A stretch of DNA of 55,901 bases from Cyanobacteria bacterium J06638_22 (GCA_039819145.1 JBCBSL010000001.1:1-55901); one strand, 5' to 3'; counted from the stretch's first letter, positions 19,803 through 30,283 are shown. Numbers and translations are program-made. Notes: a model not told the origin generated them from the letters alone.

Positions 19803-21320
19803 CTATTTGGAGGGTTTGAGGGGGTCGGGCAAATTGAGCCAGGAATCGTCGCTACCATGATGGGTCGTTTTCACCCACTTGAGTCGCTTTGGTCGAATCG
19901 CGATGCGGAACGCCATGGTAGAGATGACGAGTACCCAGTGGAGCATATAGAGGTTGCCTTGAATGGCTTGGATGAATGTGCGCCAGTGAGGATTGGCGAT
20001 CGCCCCCGGCATCGTCTTCATTTGTGCATACTGAATTCGCCGTAGCCCCACATACATTCCTAAACACGCAACCGAGAAGGTGATCGTTGTGATTGGGGTG
20101 AGCAGCGGGAGTCGACTGCGGGCGATCGCCATCAAAAAGTCGGGAACCATGGCCTGGGGGACGAGATATTGCATGAAGAAGAAGGTCATCATGTCCAGCG
20201 TTTTGCCTGTGCCCATACGGTTCCGTGCGAGCAAGCGCCAATAGTCCAGATAACGCTGGTAGCCCCCTTCGGCCCAACGGTTACGCTGATGCCACAGGTT
20301 GCCGACGCGGGTCACGCCCTCTTCCCCAACCGGTGGAATGAGCAAGAAGTCAATATCCCACCGTGCCAAATGCAATCGCAGAGTGAGGTCGAGGTCATCG
20401 GTAATGGTTTCTTCGTTCCAACCGCCGCATTGCTGTAAGGCCGTGCGCCGCACAAATTGCCCATTCCCCCGCAGCTCGCTAATGCCACGGATGGCAATTC
20501 GCTGTTGCTGCAAGTAGCTGTCGAGAGCCATTTCAGTCGCTTGGCCACGAATCCACAGGTTCGACGAGCGCATCCGTAGACCCGCCTGCGCGATCGCCTT
20601 TCGCACCTGCACCGCCCCAACACAGGCATTGTCAAACAGAGGAATGACCCGTTGCAGCAAATCATGGGGGACATGGGCATCGGCATCAAAAACGGCCAAC
20701 ACATCGCCCTGTGCCAAGCTCACAACCTGATTCAATGCGCCAGACTTGCCACCTGTTGCATCAGCAGAACGGCGCAATACTCGAAGTTGAGGATAATCCT
20801 GTTGCAACCGATCAAGCACCTGAGGAGTGCGATCGGTGCTGTGGTCGTCGACCACCCACACTTCGTAGCGCTGAGTAGGGTAATCGATCTGACATAGCGT
20901 CTGCACGAGGGACGCAATGACGGCTTCTTCGTTTTTAGCGGCGACGAGGAGGGAGATGAAGGGGAGATCGTCTGGTTCGGCTGTCGAGAGGGGTTCAGGG
21001 TGCGATCGCGGAACCGCCAGAACCATCCGTACCATTTGAATGCCAAATAGGGTTGCCAGCCCCCAGACAAACCACATGCCCCAAGAAACGAGATGCAGCG
21101 CCACAGTGCTTCCCCACAGAGCAATGAGTACGACAGCGGCTTTGCGACGACGCCCGGGTAACCCTCGATAAAACTCTAGCGTTGCGTCCAGATCATCAAG
21201 GGATTCGTCAAGGCATGGTTCATCAGCTGAGTGGGCAGGGAACGGAGAACTTTTCGTCGAGGCCTCTGATGCGATCGGCTGATCGTCAGGAGAGGGGGAT
21301 GGAAAGGGTGGGTTTGGCAT
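19803..21320 (-). CDS. mgdA: GT2 glycosyltransferase, probable monoglucosyldiacylglycerol synthase
   Basis: AAKNEE, VDDHSTD, FDAD, TDD and QRNRW (D,D,D,QxxRW) motifs; GRRRKAA N-terminus and WAEGGYQRYLDYW recalled from cyanobacterial MgdA. Confidence 0.75.
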   Translation of the reverse strand: MPNPPFPSPSPDDQPIASEASTKSSPFPAHSADEPCLDESLDDLDATLEFYRGLPGRRRKAAVVLIALWGSTVALHLVSWGMWFVWGLATLFGIQMVRMVLAVPRSHPEPLSTAEPDDLPFISLLVAAKNEEAVIASLVQTLCQIDYPTQRYEVWVVDDHSTDRTPQVLDRLQQDYPQLRVLRRSADATGGKSGALNQVVSLAQGDVLAVFDADAHVPHDLLQRVIPLFDNACVGAVQVRKAIAQAGLRMRSSNLWIRGQATEMALDSYLQQQRIAIRGISELRGNGQFVRRTALQQCGGWNEETITDDLDLTLRLHLARWDIDFLLIPPVGEEGVTRVGNLWHQRNRWAEGGYQRYLDYWRLLARNRMGTGKTLDMMTFFFMQYLVPQAMVPDFLMAIARSRLPLLTPITTITFSVACLGMYVGLRRIQYAQMKTMPGAIANPHWRTFIQAIQGNLYMLHWVLVISTMAFRIAIRPKRLKWVKTTHHGSDDSWLNLPDPLKPSK

Positions 21321-21775
21321 GGAAAAGTTAATCTTTTCTTACTTATGGCTTCAAAACGTAATGCTTCAAAATACTGCAAACAGATCCCAATGGGGTGCAG
21401 GCTATACGTTTAGGAAAATCTTCAAGGCTATCAATCCAGCGAATACTTTGAACCGAGTGGGATTGATGACATTGGTTCAGGCACAGAATGGAGGCAGGAA
21501 GCCCTGAGACAAATCTTTGCAGGTTTAGGGGCGATCGTAAATCAAGAAAGCCCTATATCGATCCAAGAAAATTACTCCTGGCGTGGAGAATAAACCTCAG
21601 GATCGGTGCTGTATGCTTTCCTCTACCAAATTGTAGGTAAACAGATTGGGGATACTGAAAGGTGCAGTGACGCTTCTCTGATTGATAAGATCTAAAGATC
21701 TCCAGCTCTAGCGGGATGTTCATTGTCCCCGCTATTCTAGGTGAGATATTTACAGCAGATGCATTGACTCGTTTT

Positions 21776-22495
21776 ATGGCTTGGCAACGTCCCGATGGTC
21801 GCCGTCCAGACCAACTTCGTCCTGTGCGCTTCGAGCGCCACTTCACGCGCTTTGCAGCGGGGTCTGTACTTACCCATGCTGGCAATACTCAGGTGCTATG
21901 TACGGTTTCTATCCAACCGGGGGTTCCCAGATTCTTGGCTGATTCTGGGCAAGGTTGGCTGACAGCCGAATATCGGATGTTGCCTTCGGCGACGCCCCAG
22001 CGCCAGACGCGCGAGTTGCTCAAACTATCGGGACGGACTCAGGAAATTCAGCGCTTGATTGGGCGCAGCCTGCGATCGGTGCTAGATATGAAGGCTCTGG
22101 GAGAACGAACGTTGCTAGTGGATGCCGATGTGTTGCAGGCTGATGCGGGAACGCGTACCGCCGCCATCACAGGAGCCTATGTGGCGCTGCGAGATGCCAT
22201 CGATAAATTGCTGCAGACGGGAGAACTGGAGCGATCGCCCATCATCCACCAGGTTGCTGCCATTTCAGTGGGATTGCTGGAAGATGAGGCCTTACTAGAT
22301 TTGGCCTATGAGGAAGATGTGGCCGCTGATGTTGACTGCAATATCGTGCTCAACGAAGAATTACAGATGATCGAATTGCAGGGGACAGCAGAGGAAGGGA
22401 GCTTTTCGCGCCAGCAGCTCAATCAAATTCTCGATCTGGCAGAAAAGGGGATTCAAGAGCTAATGACCTTGCAAAACGACGTACTGCAAGCCTAA
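21776..22495 (+). CDS. rph: ribonuclease PH
   Basis: MAWQRPDGR start, [46 protein letters not shown]. Confidence 0.96.
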   Translation: MAWQRPDGRRPDQLRPVRFERHFTRFAAGSVLTHAGNTQVLCTVSIQPGVPRFLADSGQGWLTAEYRMLPSATPQRQTRELLKLSGRTQEIQRLIGRSLRSVLDMKALGERTLLVDADVLQADAGTRTAAITGAYVALRDAIDKLLQTGELERSPIIHQVAAISVGLLEDEALLDLAYEEDVAADVDCNIVLNEELQMIELQGTAEEGSFSRQQLNQILDLAEKGIQELMTLQNDVLQA

Positions 22496-22584
22496 GACGT
22501 TGCTGAACAGGACTTTCTGGGGGGCTTCTTTGGATTTGTGACTGCGACGCGGCCACAAAAGAGCATTCACCTCGCAGAAACAAA

Positions 22585-22618
22585 GAAGGTTAGCGCCTCA
22601 CTGGAGTGCTAACCTTCT
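22585..22618. terminator. hairpin between convergent rph and hemJ, possible bidirectional terminator
   Basis: AGAAGGTTAGCGC...GTGCTAACCTTCT stem. Confidence 0.5.
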
Positions 22619-22759
22619 AATGTTTGTTCGGACTTGGAGCGGGTACAAACCGTTTGCATTGTGCCCTTCATACAGCGATAAGCTGCTGACGATCAATTCG
22701 CCTTAAACATGAGTAGACAAGGTCAAATGGATTCTCTACTCAATTTGGATAGAAAATCA

Positions 22760-23377
22760 CTATCCGGATGCTGAGCCGCTCATTTCCGTTTCACCCAAGG
22801 TCTCGGAAGCCTGCGCTTCGACCGCTTGGGCTGCACGCTCCTTATCTAAGCGACGCTTGCGTGCATAGAGCTGGATAATTGCGGCCATTGCCACGATTAA
22901 ACCCAGCGTCCCCCAAGCCGTCGCGCTCGTGGGGAGTTGGTTCTTAAAAACGGCAAGCAACACAACCAAAACGAGGAACACCGTAGGGACTTCGTTGAGT
23001 CCGCGCATTTGTTTGCCACCCCACTGACAGGTTCCAGCCGCCAGTTGATTCATGATCCGACGGCAGTAGAAGTGATAGCCCACCGTTAGCAAGACAAAAG
23101 TGAGCTTGACATGGAGCCAGGTCTGCTTCAGCAGATCGGGTGCTGCCACAACGAGGGCGATCGCCATCGCTACCGTCAACACCATGCCAGGGGTCGTGAT
23201 CAGGTTATAAAGGCGCTTTTCCATCAGCGCATATTGGTCTTTCAAGATTGATTTGGCTGGCTCTGGACGTTCGTCTGCTTCGACATGGTAGACAAACAAA
23301 CGCACCAGGTAGAACAGCCCCGCAAACCAAACCACCACGCCAATAATGTGGAATGCCTTAAACCAGAGATAATTCAT
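22760..23377 (-). CDS. hemJ: protoporphyrinogen oxidase HemJ
   Basis: YLWFKAFHIIGVVVWFAGLFYLVRLFVYH, MEKRLY, WLHVKL, NEVPT. Confidence 0.94.
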   Translation of the reverse strand: MNYLWFKAFHIIGVVVWFAGLFYLVRLFVYHVEADERPEPAKSILKDQYALMEKRLYNLITTPGMVLTVAMAIALVVAAPDLLKQTWLHVKLTFVLLTVGYHFYCRRIMNQLAAGTCQWGGKQMRGLNEVPTVFLVLVVLLAVFKNQLPTSATAWGTLGLIVAMAAIIQLYARKRRLDKERAAQAVEAQASETLGETEMSGSASG

Positions 23378-23526
23378 GAATGTCCTCGCTCATCTCTGTT
23401 CCTGATCATAAGCTGAAATAACCGCGCTTTATCGCGTTTGCTTGGCATTTGGGAGCGGATAAAAGGCAATGGGATGCAAGACCGCGCACAACCACTTGCC
23501 TCCAAATGCAAGCTATGCAAGAACCG

Positions 23527-23751
23527 CTAAACGGCCTGCTTAAACAGGGCATCGAGGTAAACCCGTGCCGCACGGCGGTAGCTGTGCGAGGCATCAATGG
23601 TGTTGCTGCTGCCATTCTGCAACAGAAACAACGAAAGGGATGCGACAAAAACTCGGTCTTGATCCCAGTCGGGGTGGGTCTCCAGATAGCCTTTTAACGA
23701 CTCGTGGAGCTCTTCAGGAATCTCAGCAAGGATACTAACAGTTGCGTTCAT
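23527..23751 (-). CDS. DUF2811 domain protein
   Basis: SILAEIPEELHESLKGYLETHPDWDQDRVFVASLSLFLLQNG typical of cyanobacterial DUF2811. Confidence 0.85.
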   Translation of the reverse strand: MNATVSILAEIPEELHESLKGYLETHPDWDQDRVFVASLSLFLLQNGSSNTIDASHSYRRAARVYLDALFKQAV

Positions 23752-24245
23752 GGAAAACCTCTGTGCTTAGAAACGTAAAGTTAGGGACAGCAACTTATAC
23801 ACGGATGACTTGATATACCAACGCAAGCCCGACAGCTCAAACGAGCAAGCCCTGCAAACATGAGCCAGTCGCCAAGGTTGAGTGCAAATGCGCACACAAA
23901 CTCCCAGCTAACCGGACAGAGCAGTAGCTTTCCCGGAGCTGCTTCGATGTATGAACAAACCACACATCAGGGCAATTGGGCATACGAATTGTGTCGCCAG
24001 CACACTGGGATCCTGAATTTCAGACTGTCAATATTCAGGATGGCTGGACTCGGAATTCGCGCCTTCGGTGATGCACCTCTAACGGTGGTCGCATCATTGT
24101 GCGCTAGGAGGGGGTGGGGTTGTCAACGACAAGCTTCTTAACAAATGGGTTTAGATTTACTTAAGATTTACGGGGTGATGAAGGTTGTAGACCTGTTTTG
24201 TTTACACAAGTTTACGGATGTCTCAGTTTAAGGGGGCGATCGCCT

Positions 24246-24413
24246 CTTTCCACAGACCACCTGAGAATCCAATTCAAATGCTTATCCTTCCGTCGGGACC
24301 TGTGGAAAAGTCAAAATCGCCTGTGGAAAAGCTTGGGGATATCTGTGGAAACTCTGTGGAATTCGCTGGGGAAAATCTGGGTAAAAGATAAGAATTGCAA
24401 ACTTTGGGAAAAA
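24246..24413. promoter_or_regulatory. cluster of DnaA-box-like 9-mers (TTTTCCACA type)
   Basis: CTTTCCACA 24246; TGTGGAAAA 24301 and 24322; TGGGGATAT 24334; TGTGGAAAC 24344; TGTGGAATT 24355; TGGGGAAAA 24367; TGGGTAAAA 24378; TGGGAAAAA 24405. Confidence 0.7.
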
Positions 24414-24798
24414 AGATTTGTCAGGATATTCTGAGGCGTCTCCGTGTTTTCCCTGGTGTTTCACGTACCGGGCAGTTTTTGTTGTAAGGGATTGAGGCGA
24501 TCGCTTCAAATGGCCATCAGATAGAGATTGTGGCGATCCCGAATAAAAGCTGATCAAGCTCTCAAGGTTTATTATCGGCTCTTGTCTATGGTTGCCCTGT
24601 GCTATAGCTCACCTCCCCGGTTTGTGCTCAAGATCGCTCGATGCAAGCTTTGTTTGGCCTGGATAGATGCGTAGCAGCGGGTTGAAAAGCGATTCTCTGC
24701 TGAGGCACGATTGATAGGGGAATGGGTACGTTAAAGCCAGTAAGGAGGGCTCAGCCTTCGTGGGATGCAACCGCAGCCCAATTTAGCGCAGGAGGTCG

Positions 24799-25623
24799 GT
24801 GGTGGAAACATTAGTTTTGGGTGTAAATGGGGCGATCGCCTTCATCTTTGGAGCCTGTGTCGGCAGCTTTTTAAATGTCGTCATTTATCGTCTACCCGCT
24901 GGGTTGTCGCTGCTCCACCCGCCTTCCCGTTGTCCTAAGTGCTTGCATGCGCTGCGTCCTTATGACAATGTGCCGGTCTTTGGCTGGTTGTGGCTGCGGG
25001 GGCGCTGCCGTTACTGCAAAACATCCATCTCTCCGCGCTATCCCCTGGTCGAAGCGGCAACGGGGCTGTTGTTTGTGGGAGCATGGATGGGGTTTGGCTG
25101 GTCGGTTGCTACCGTGGGCTACTGGTTCTTCTTCAGTTGCCTGATTGCCCTTTCGCTGATCGACCTGGATACCATGACCTTGCCTAACCCCTTAACCAAG
25201 CTGGGTGTGGTTTCAGGTCTAGCCTTTCAAGGTATCTATGGGTGGGTGGATCCAGCCCATGCTGGTGGTGTTCCGCAAGCCTTGATGATGGGGGTTGTCG
25301 GGGGCGTACTGGGAATTTGGCTGCTGAGCATGATTTCGTTGCTAGGGTCTATTGCCTTTGGGCAAGCGGCGATGGGCGGAGGCGACGCCAAATTGGCCGC
25401 CATGATGGGCGTCTGGATGGGCTGGTCGCATCTGCTCCTAGCAGGATTGCTGGCCTGCGTGCTAGGAGCCATTGTTGGTGGCGGAGCGATCGCCCTCAAA
25501 CTTATCAGCCGTCGCCAGCCCATGCCCTTTGGCCCGTTCCTGGCGCTGGCGGCTATCCTCATCGTTTTCTTTGGCGATGCGCTCATTACCTCGTATCGAG
25601 AGGTCTTTTTCCCCACTTTGTAA
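24799..25623 (+). CDS. pilD: type IV prepilin peptidase / N-methyltransferase
   Basis: GSFLNVVIYRLP, two CxxC pairs, IDLD, MGGGDAKL, PFGPFL; AGGAGG RBS before the GTG start. Confidence 0.96.
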   Translation: MVETLVLGVNGAIAFIFGACVGSFLNVVIYRLPAGLSLLHPPSRCPKCLHALRPYDNVPVFGWLWLRGRCRYCKTSISPRYPLVEAATGLLFVGAWMGFGWSVATVGYWFFFSCLIALSLIDLDTMTLPNPLTKLGVVSGLAFQGIYGWVDPAHAGGVPQALMMGVVGGVLGIWLLSMISLLGSIAFGQAAMGGGDAKLAAMMGVWMGWSHLLLAGLLACVLGAIVGGGAIALKLISRRQPMPFGPFLALAAILIVFFGDALITSYREVFFPTL

Positions 25624-25650
25624 TCATCAATTCGCTAAGAATACCTACTA

Positions 25651-25811
25651 GAGCATTATTTTGAAAGTCTTGCAGTACAAGGCGTCTGAGTACAGGATAA
25701 GAACCAGAGAAGCCTTGATTTTGGGGGTGCCTGCGCTACCCAAAGTCAAGGGTTTTAGCTGAGGTTTTATTTTTGTCCTGTACTGAGGCAGGGCTTTCCA
25801 AAATAATGCTC
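25651..25811. mobile_element. nested MITE-like elements (outer family G, inner family L at 25686-25788)
   Basis: Outer IRs GAGCATTATTTTGAAAG / CTTTCCAAAATAATGCTC; inner IRs CTGAGTACAGGA / TCCTGTACTGAG; inner element has an inverted homolog at 37453-37566. Confidence 0.7.
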
Positions 25812-25937
25812 AGGTTTTGATTTTCGTAGGATTGGTGTCAGCGGGCAGGTGATTTGGTGCTCGACCTAGCCATCCTTCCCGCATCCTGCTCTGATACAAT
25901 CTCTTCAGTGTTGTTGGCTAATCGTTCAACGCCTGCC

Positions 25938-26171
25938 GTGGAATGGATCACGCTAAAGCAAACCGGTGCCCTTTGGGAAGCCGAAATGATGCAGCAAATT
26001 CTGGAAGCCCAAGGGATTCCGGCGCGAATCTTGAGTCAAGGTCTTCAGGCTCACTTTGGTTCGGGAACTCCCGCTCTGCTGCAAGTTCGAGTGCGCGATC
26101 GCTGGACTGCTTTGCTTTTACTTAGCCCTGTTGAGGAAGAAGCTGCGGAAGGATCCTCTGAGTTGCGGTAG
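25938..26171 (+). CDS. small DUF2007-like protein
   Basis: WITLK...WEAEMMQQILEAQGIPARI...LQV pattern; GTG start at 25938 preferred over TTG at 25854. Confidence 0.7.
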   Translation: MEWITLKQTGALWEAEMMQQILEAQGIPARILSQGLQAHFGSGTPALLQVRVRDRWTALLLLSPVEEEAAEGSSELR

Positions 26172-26612
26172 CTCCTGTGGCTGAATGTATACCGGGGTCT
26201 ATTTTGTTTATTGAACGTGCCTATCTCACGACCATTTGCCCGCCTTTTTTTCTCCCCATTGCCAAGCCCCAGGTTCGGGTATCCAGTCCATTCACTGGCT
26301 CATAGACTCTCAAAGTGAGACAATCATCCGCTATTGTTAATAATTCTGGTAGCGGTTTCTATACCGAGTTCCTGGCAATGCCTGGAATACCCTTCAGCTC
26401 AAATGATTCCAATTGACATGGGCGATCGCTTCTCCTCCTTCATCCAGTCTGTCTTCATCCAGTCTGTTTCGAGAAAACGACTGGGCCACCAAATTTTCAG
26501 GCGATATGGCATTGGGCTGAGCCTGCGTATCGCGACCTGTTAAATACCGCGACCTCTTTACCCTCAACGCTTCAAACTTCAAATCTCTAATCACCTTACC
26601 TTTTGACTCTTC

Positions 26613-27560
26613 ATGTCTCTGTTTGATTGGTTTGCAAATCGACGCAAGGCGGGTCCTATCAGCAAGGAACGCCAAGAGCGAGAAATTGCGGATGGGCTAT
26701 GGAGCAAGTGCTCCCATTGCGGGGTGCTGACCTATGCCAAGGATCTGCGGCTAAATGCGATGGTTTGTCCCGACTGTGGACATCACAACCGGGTCGATAG
26801 CGACGAGCGGGTCGAGCAGTTGATCGACCCGCAAACCTGGCGATCGCTCAGTGATGATCTCCGCCCGACCGATCCATTGGAATTTCGCGATCGCAAGTCC
26901 TACCGTGATCGCATCCAGGACACCCAGGCTAAGACAGGGCTGAACGACAGCGTCGTCACAGGGGTTGGTGAATTGGATGGGTTGCCTGTGGCACTGGGTG
27001 TGATGGATTTCCGCTTTATGGGCGGCAGCATGGGGTCGGTGGTCGGCGAGAAGCTGACGCGCCTGATTGAGGGGGGAACGGGCGATCGCCTTCCGGTTAT
27101 CATCGTCTGCGCCTCTGGGGGCGCACGGATGCAGGAAGGGATGCTCAGCCTGATGCAGATGGCGAAGATCTCAGGGGCGCTCCAGCGGCACCAGGAAGCG
27201 GGATTGCTTTATATACCCGTTCTCAGCCACCCCACGACCGGGGGCGTGACCGCTAGCTTTGCCATGCTGGGCGACATCATCATTGCGGAACCGGAAGCGA
27301 CCATTGCCTTTGCCGGACGCCGTGTGGTTGAGCAAACCCTCCGGGAAAAGTTGCCAGATGATTTCCAAACCGCTGAGTATCTGCTCAACAATGGTTTTGT
27401 CGATATGATTGTGCCCCGCACCCAGTTGAAGAAAACCCTGGCACAATTGATTCGACTCCATCAACCCAGCGGGGCGCGTGAGCATACTAGCCATACCCTT
27501 CCGCCGCCGGCGGATCATGTGCTTGATCGCTTACCCCTGACCACTCATACTGCGGACTAA
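26613..27560 (+). CDS. accD: acetyl-CoA carboxylase carboxyltransferase beta subunit
   Basis: GLWSKCxxC...CxxC zinc ribbon, [37 protein letters not shown]. Confidence 0.98.
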   Translation: MSLFDWFANRRKAGPISKERQEREIADGLWSKCSHCGVLTYAKDLRLNAMVCPDCGHHNRVDSDERVEQLIDPQTWRSLSDDLRPTDPLEFRDRKSYRDRIQDTQAKTGLNDSVVTGVGELDGLPVALGVMDFRFMGGSMGSVVGEKLTRLIEGGTGDRLPVIIVCASGGARMQEGMLSLMQMAKISGALQRHQEAGLLYIPVLSHPTTGGVTASFAMLGDIIIAEPEATIAFAGRRVVEQTLREKLPDDFQTAEYLLNNGFVDMIVPRTQLKKTLAQLIRLHQPSGAREHTSHTLPPPADHVLDRLPLTTHTAD

Positions 27561-27583
27561 CCACTGTTGACTAGACGACTACC

Positions 27584-27862
27584 GTGACTCCCCTCGAAGC
27601 CATTCAGGTCATTTTCCAAACGCCACCCATTCCCTACGAGGCTCCAAAGCATTCCCTCAAGGGTTGGGCAAAATATTGCTTACAAACCCGGGGCTTTCGG
27701 GTGGTGTATGCCGATAAGGCAGACTTTGCAGTGGAAACGCAAACGCGGGAAAAGCTGTATTTTCGGGTGAGCGATCGCCCGGCTGACCTCGATCCCAAGG
27801 TCAATTGGATCATCTGGAATGCTGACCAACAATCGGCACAGGTGCAAGTCGCGACGGAATAG
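27584..27862 (+). CDS. hypothetical protein (92 aa)
   Basis: GTG-start ORF 23 bp after accD, protein-like composition (KHSLKGWAKYCLQTRGFRVVYA). Confidence 0.65.
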   Translation: MTPLEAIQVIFQTPPIPYEAPKHSLKGWAKYCLQTRGFRVVYADKADFAVETQTREKLYFRVSDRPADLDPKVNWIIWNADQQSAQVQVATE

Positions 27863-28010
27863 CGCAGGGTACGTCGCTTCCTCTTCATCCTGCACCGTTT
27901 CAGAATCATGCGTCGTTTCAGAGCTGCTGCGGCTTGAGCAATTGGTTGCGCGATCGGCAACCAGCAATTATCAATTATTAAGAGTCCACTTTCTGATTTA
28001 GCGGCTGATT

Positions 28011-28958
28011 ATGCGGGACGTATATCCACCCATCGAGCCTTTTGCGACGGAGTTTCTGCGCGTTTCCGATCGCCACACTATCTATGTCGAGCAGGCTGGA
28101 AATCCAGACGGTGTACCCGTTGTTTTCTTACACGGCGGACCCGGGGGCGGCTGCAGCGCTCGCTATCGGCAGTTTTTTGACTCTCAAAAGTGGCGCGTTG
28201 TGTTGTTTGATCAGCGGGGATGCGGACGCAGCACCCCCCATGCCGAGCTCGAAGAAAATACGACCTGGCATCTTGTCCAAGACATTGAGACGATTCGAGA
28301 TCATCTGGGGATTGATCAGTGGTTTGTGTTTGGTGGGAGCTGGGGCAGCACCCTTGCGTTGGCCTATAGCCAGACCTATCCCGAGCGCTGCAAAGGGCTG
28401 ATTCTGCGGGGCATTTTCATGCTGTGCCAGAGAGAATTGCGGTGGTTTTACCAGGAAGGCTGTAGCAACATTTTTCCCGATGCCTGGGAGGCTTACCTTG
28501 AGCCTATTCCCCCCGACGAGCGGCATGACTTGATTCGTGCCTATTACCGTCGCCTCACCAGCCCCGATCGCCAAATTCGCCTGGAAGCGGCGAAAGCTTG
28601 GTCAGTGTGGGAGGCGGCAACTAGCAAACTGTTGCCGGATGTGCAGCAGCAAATTCGGTTTGCCGATGCGACCTTCGCCGATGCCTTTGCCCGAATTGAG
28701 TGCCATTACTTTGTTAACAAGGGCTTTTTGGAAGCGGAAGACCAGCTTTTGCGCAATGTCGATCGCATCCGCCACTTGCCAGCGGTGATTGTGCAGGGGC
28801 GCTACGATGTCGTCTGTCCGCCTGTAACGGCCTGGGAGTTGCATCGCGCTTGGCCCGAAGCGGAGTTCATCATAATTCCCGATGCAGGGCATTCCATGAA
28901 TGAACCCGGCATTCGCACCGCGCTGCTGGAGGCCACCGATCGCTTTGTCAGCCTGTAA
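28011..28958 (+). CDS. pip: proline iminopeptidase (alpha/beta hydrolase, S33)
   Basis: LHGGPGGG, FDQRGCGRS, GGSWGSTL nucleophile elbow, GRYDVVCP, DAGHS. Confidence 0.95.
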   Translation: MRDVYPPIEPFATEFLRVSDRHTIYVEQAGNPDGVPVVFLHGGPGGGCSARYRQFFDSQKWRVVLFDQRGCGRSTPHAELEENTTWHLVQDIETIRDHLGIDQWFVFGGSWGSTLALAYSQTYPERCKGLILRGIFMLCQRELRWFYQEGCSNIFPDAWEAYLEPIPPDERHDLIRAYYRRLTSPDRQIRLEAAKAWSVWEAATSKLLPDVQQQIRFADATFADAFARIECHYFVNKGFLEAEDQLLRNVDRIRHLPAVIVQGRYDVVCPPVTAWELHRAWPEAEFIIIPDAGHSMNEPGIRTALLEATDRFVSL

Positions 28959-29219
28959 GGTTTGCCCAGAACTGACGCAAACCTCCCGTAGTCCTCATGT
29001 CAAATCCGGCTGGAGAACCCAACTATCATTTTTACTTGTTGCACTGCAGCGGGTAAAAACGATAGTTAGATTTTACGGCTGTTTAACCGAATTTGCTACC
29101 GTCTGGTGTAGCATCACCGTACAAAGCAAAGAAAAATACAAAAAAAATCTGATTTTGTGCGGTTTTGCTGGGTCAAGCCGCGTTAAAAGAGAGCAAACTG
29201 TCTACTCTCCGGAGGAATT

Positions 29220-30050
29220 ATGCGTGTAGCACCTTTAGCGCTCACCACTCTGGCTGCATTTACCCTCCACGAAGCATCCCGCGAAGCTGCTGCGAATCCG
29301 ATTCCCGTCGATACCCCAAATCCAGGCGAACAGGCGAAAACCCTTGACGCGCTGGAGACAAGTGTCCCGGCTGAGCCCCAAGGGGCGATCGCCGCTCCCG
29401 AAACCCAGGTGGTTCAGTCGCGTCCAGCGGAAAAGCCCCTACCCACCCCAACCGCGAACCCTACGAGCCAACAGGCGTCTGCTCCTATGGTCGCCCAAGC
29501 CATCCCGGTTCCCCCGCCGCCACAAATGGCCAACGAAGGCGGCGCTGAGCCGGGAATCCCCATCCCCGTGATTTTGGAGCCTTCAACCGAAGTTGAGCCG
29601 ACGCCCAGTCAGCCCCCCACGGTGACGGAGCGATCGCCCGTCGAAGCGCCCGAACAAAATGAGGGTCTGAGTCAGGCGCAACCGGATACCGACGAAGGCT
29701 TTGTCATTCCCATTGCCCCTGTGATGAGCTATGGCGATGAGGTGGTGATTGAAGAAGAAGATCCGCTATATGAGGAGCGCATTGGCTCCTACCATATTCG
29801 GATTGACCCGACTCTGGAAATTGACCCGAACGCTCGCGTTAGCCAAACCCCCGATGAGTATGCGGCAGAAATTCGGGCCTGTATGGCTGCGCGCCCGGAG
29901 CTTTATCGCTTGCGGGAATCCAATGGCGATCGCGTACTCGTTCCGGTGTTATTCGACGGCCAGCCAGGCACCATTATTCGGGATGCAAACGGACGGCTCG
30001 TTTGCCCGTCTACTCGCCTGCGGGCCAGCAGCGACACCCGTGTGATCTAG
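29220..30050 (+). CDS. hypothetical secreted Pro/Ala/Glu-rich protein
   Basis: GGAGG RBS, signal-peptide-like N-terminus, long Pro-rich region, small C-terminal domain with two Cys. Confidence 0.7.
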   Translation: MRVAPLALTTLAAFTLHEASREAAANPIPVDTPNPGEQAKTLDALETSVPAEPQGAIAAPETQVVQSRPAEKPLPTPTANPTSQQASAPMVAQAIPVPPPPQMANEGGAEPGIPIPVILEPSTEVEPTPSQPPTVTERSPVEAPEQNEGLSQAQPDTDEGFVIPIAPVMSYGDEVVIEEEDPLYEERIGSYHIRIDPTLEIDPNARVSQTPDEYAAEIRACMAARPELYRLRESNGDRVLVPVLFDGQPGTIIRDANGRLVCPSTRLRASSDTRVI

Positions 30051-30129
30051 GGAAGAGTGATTTTTTGAACGCCCCATAGAACCGGGCGTTCAAAGAATGA
30101 TCTGGCTCAATTTCAATGCGTAAGGCTAT
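30048..30129. repeat. family-D-related MITE remnant
   Basis: TTTGAACGCCC/GGGCGTTCAAA hairpin and CAATGCGTAAGGCTAT end identical to family D. Confidence 0.55.
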
Positions 30130-30283
30130 GCCAATCGCCCATGTTGATGTGTCAGCATGGGCGATTGGTATAAGATCAGCAAGCGTTGACTCTGATGAGA
30201 TGGCGCTGGGGCGATCGCCCGTCTATACTTTGTATCGTTCATCTCACCGTTCAACCCTCGCAGCTCACCTTCGCCCAAGTACT

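Noticed and set aside
24301-24413. CRISPR array or STRR heptamer repeat interpretation of the TGTGGAAAA repeats
   Set aside because: Units are 9 bp at ~11-bp spacing with no 30-40 bp spacers and no cas genes; they fit DnaA boxes better
24198-24557. ORFs 24198..24434 (+) and 24282..24557 (-)
   Set aside because: Their repetitive LWKS / FPQ peptides are just translations of the DnaA-box array
25624-26612. tRNA gene between pilD and accD
   Set aside because: No cloverleaf or T-loop consensus found by eye
30116-30283. N-terminal extension of YchF in the ORF track (similar extensions on rph, mutM, the C26 hydrolase and the DUF3747 gene)
   Set aside because: Family-typical N-termini begin at downstream starts; the YchF extension starts inside a MITE remnant
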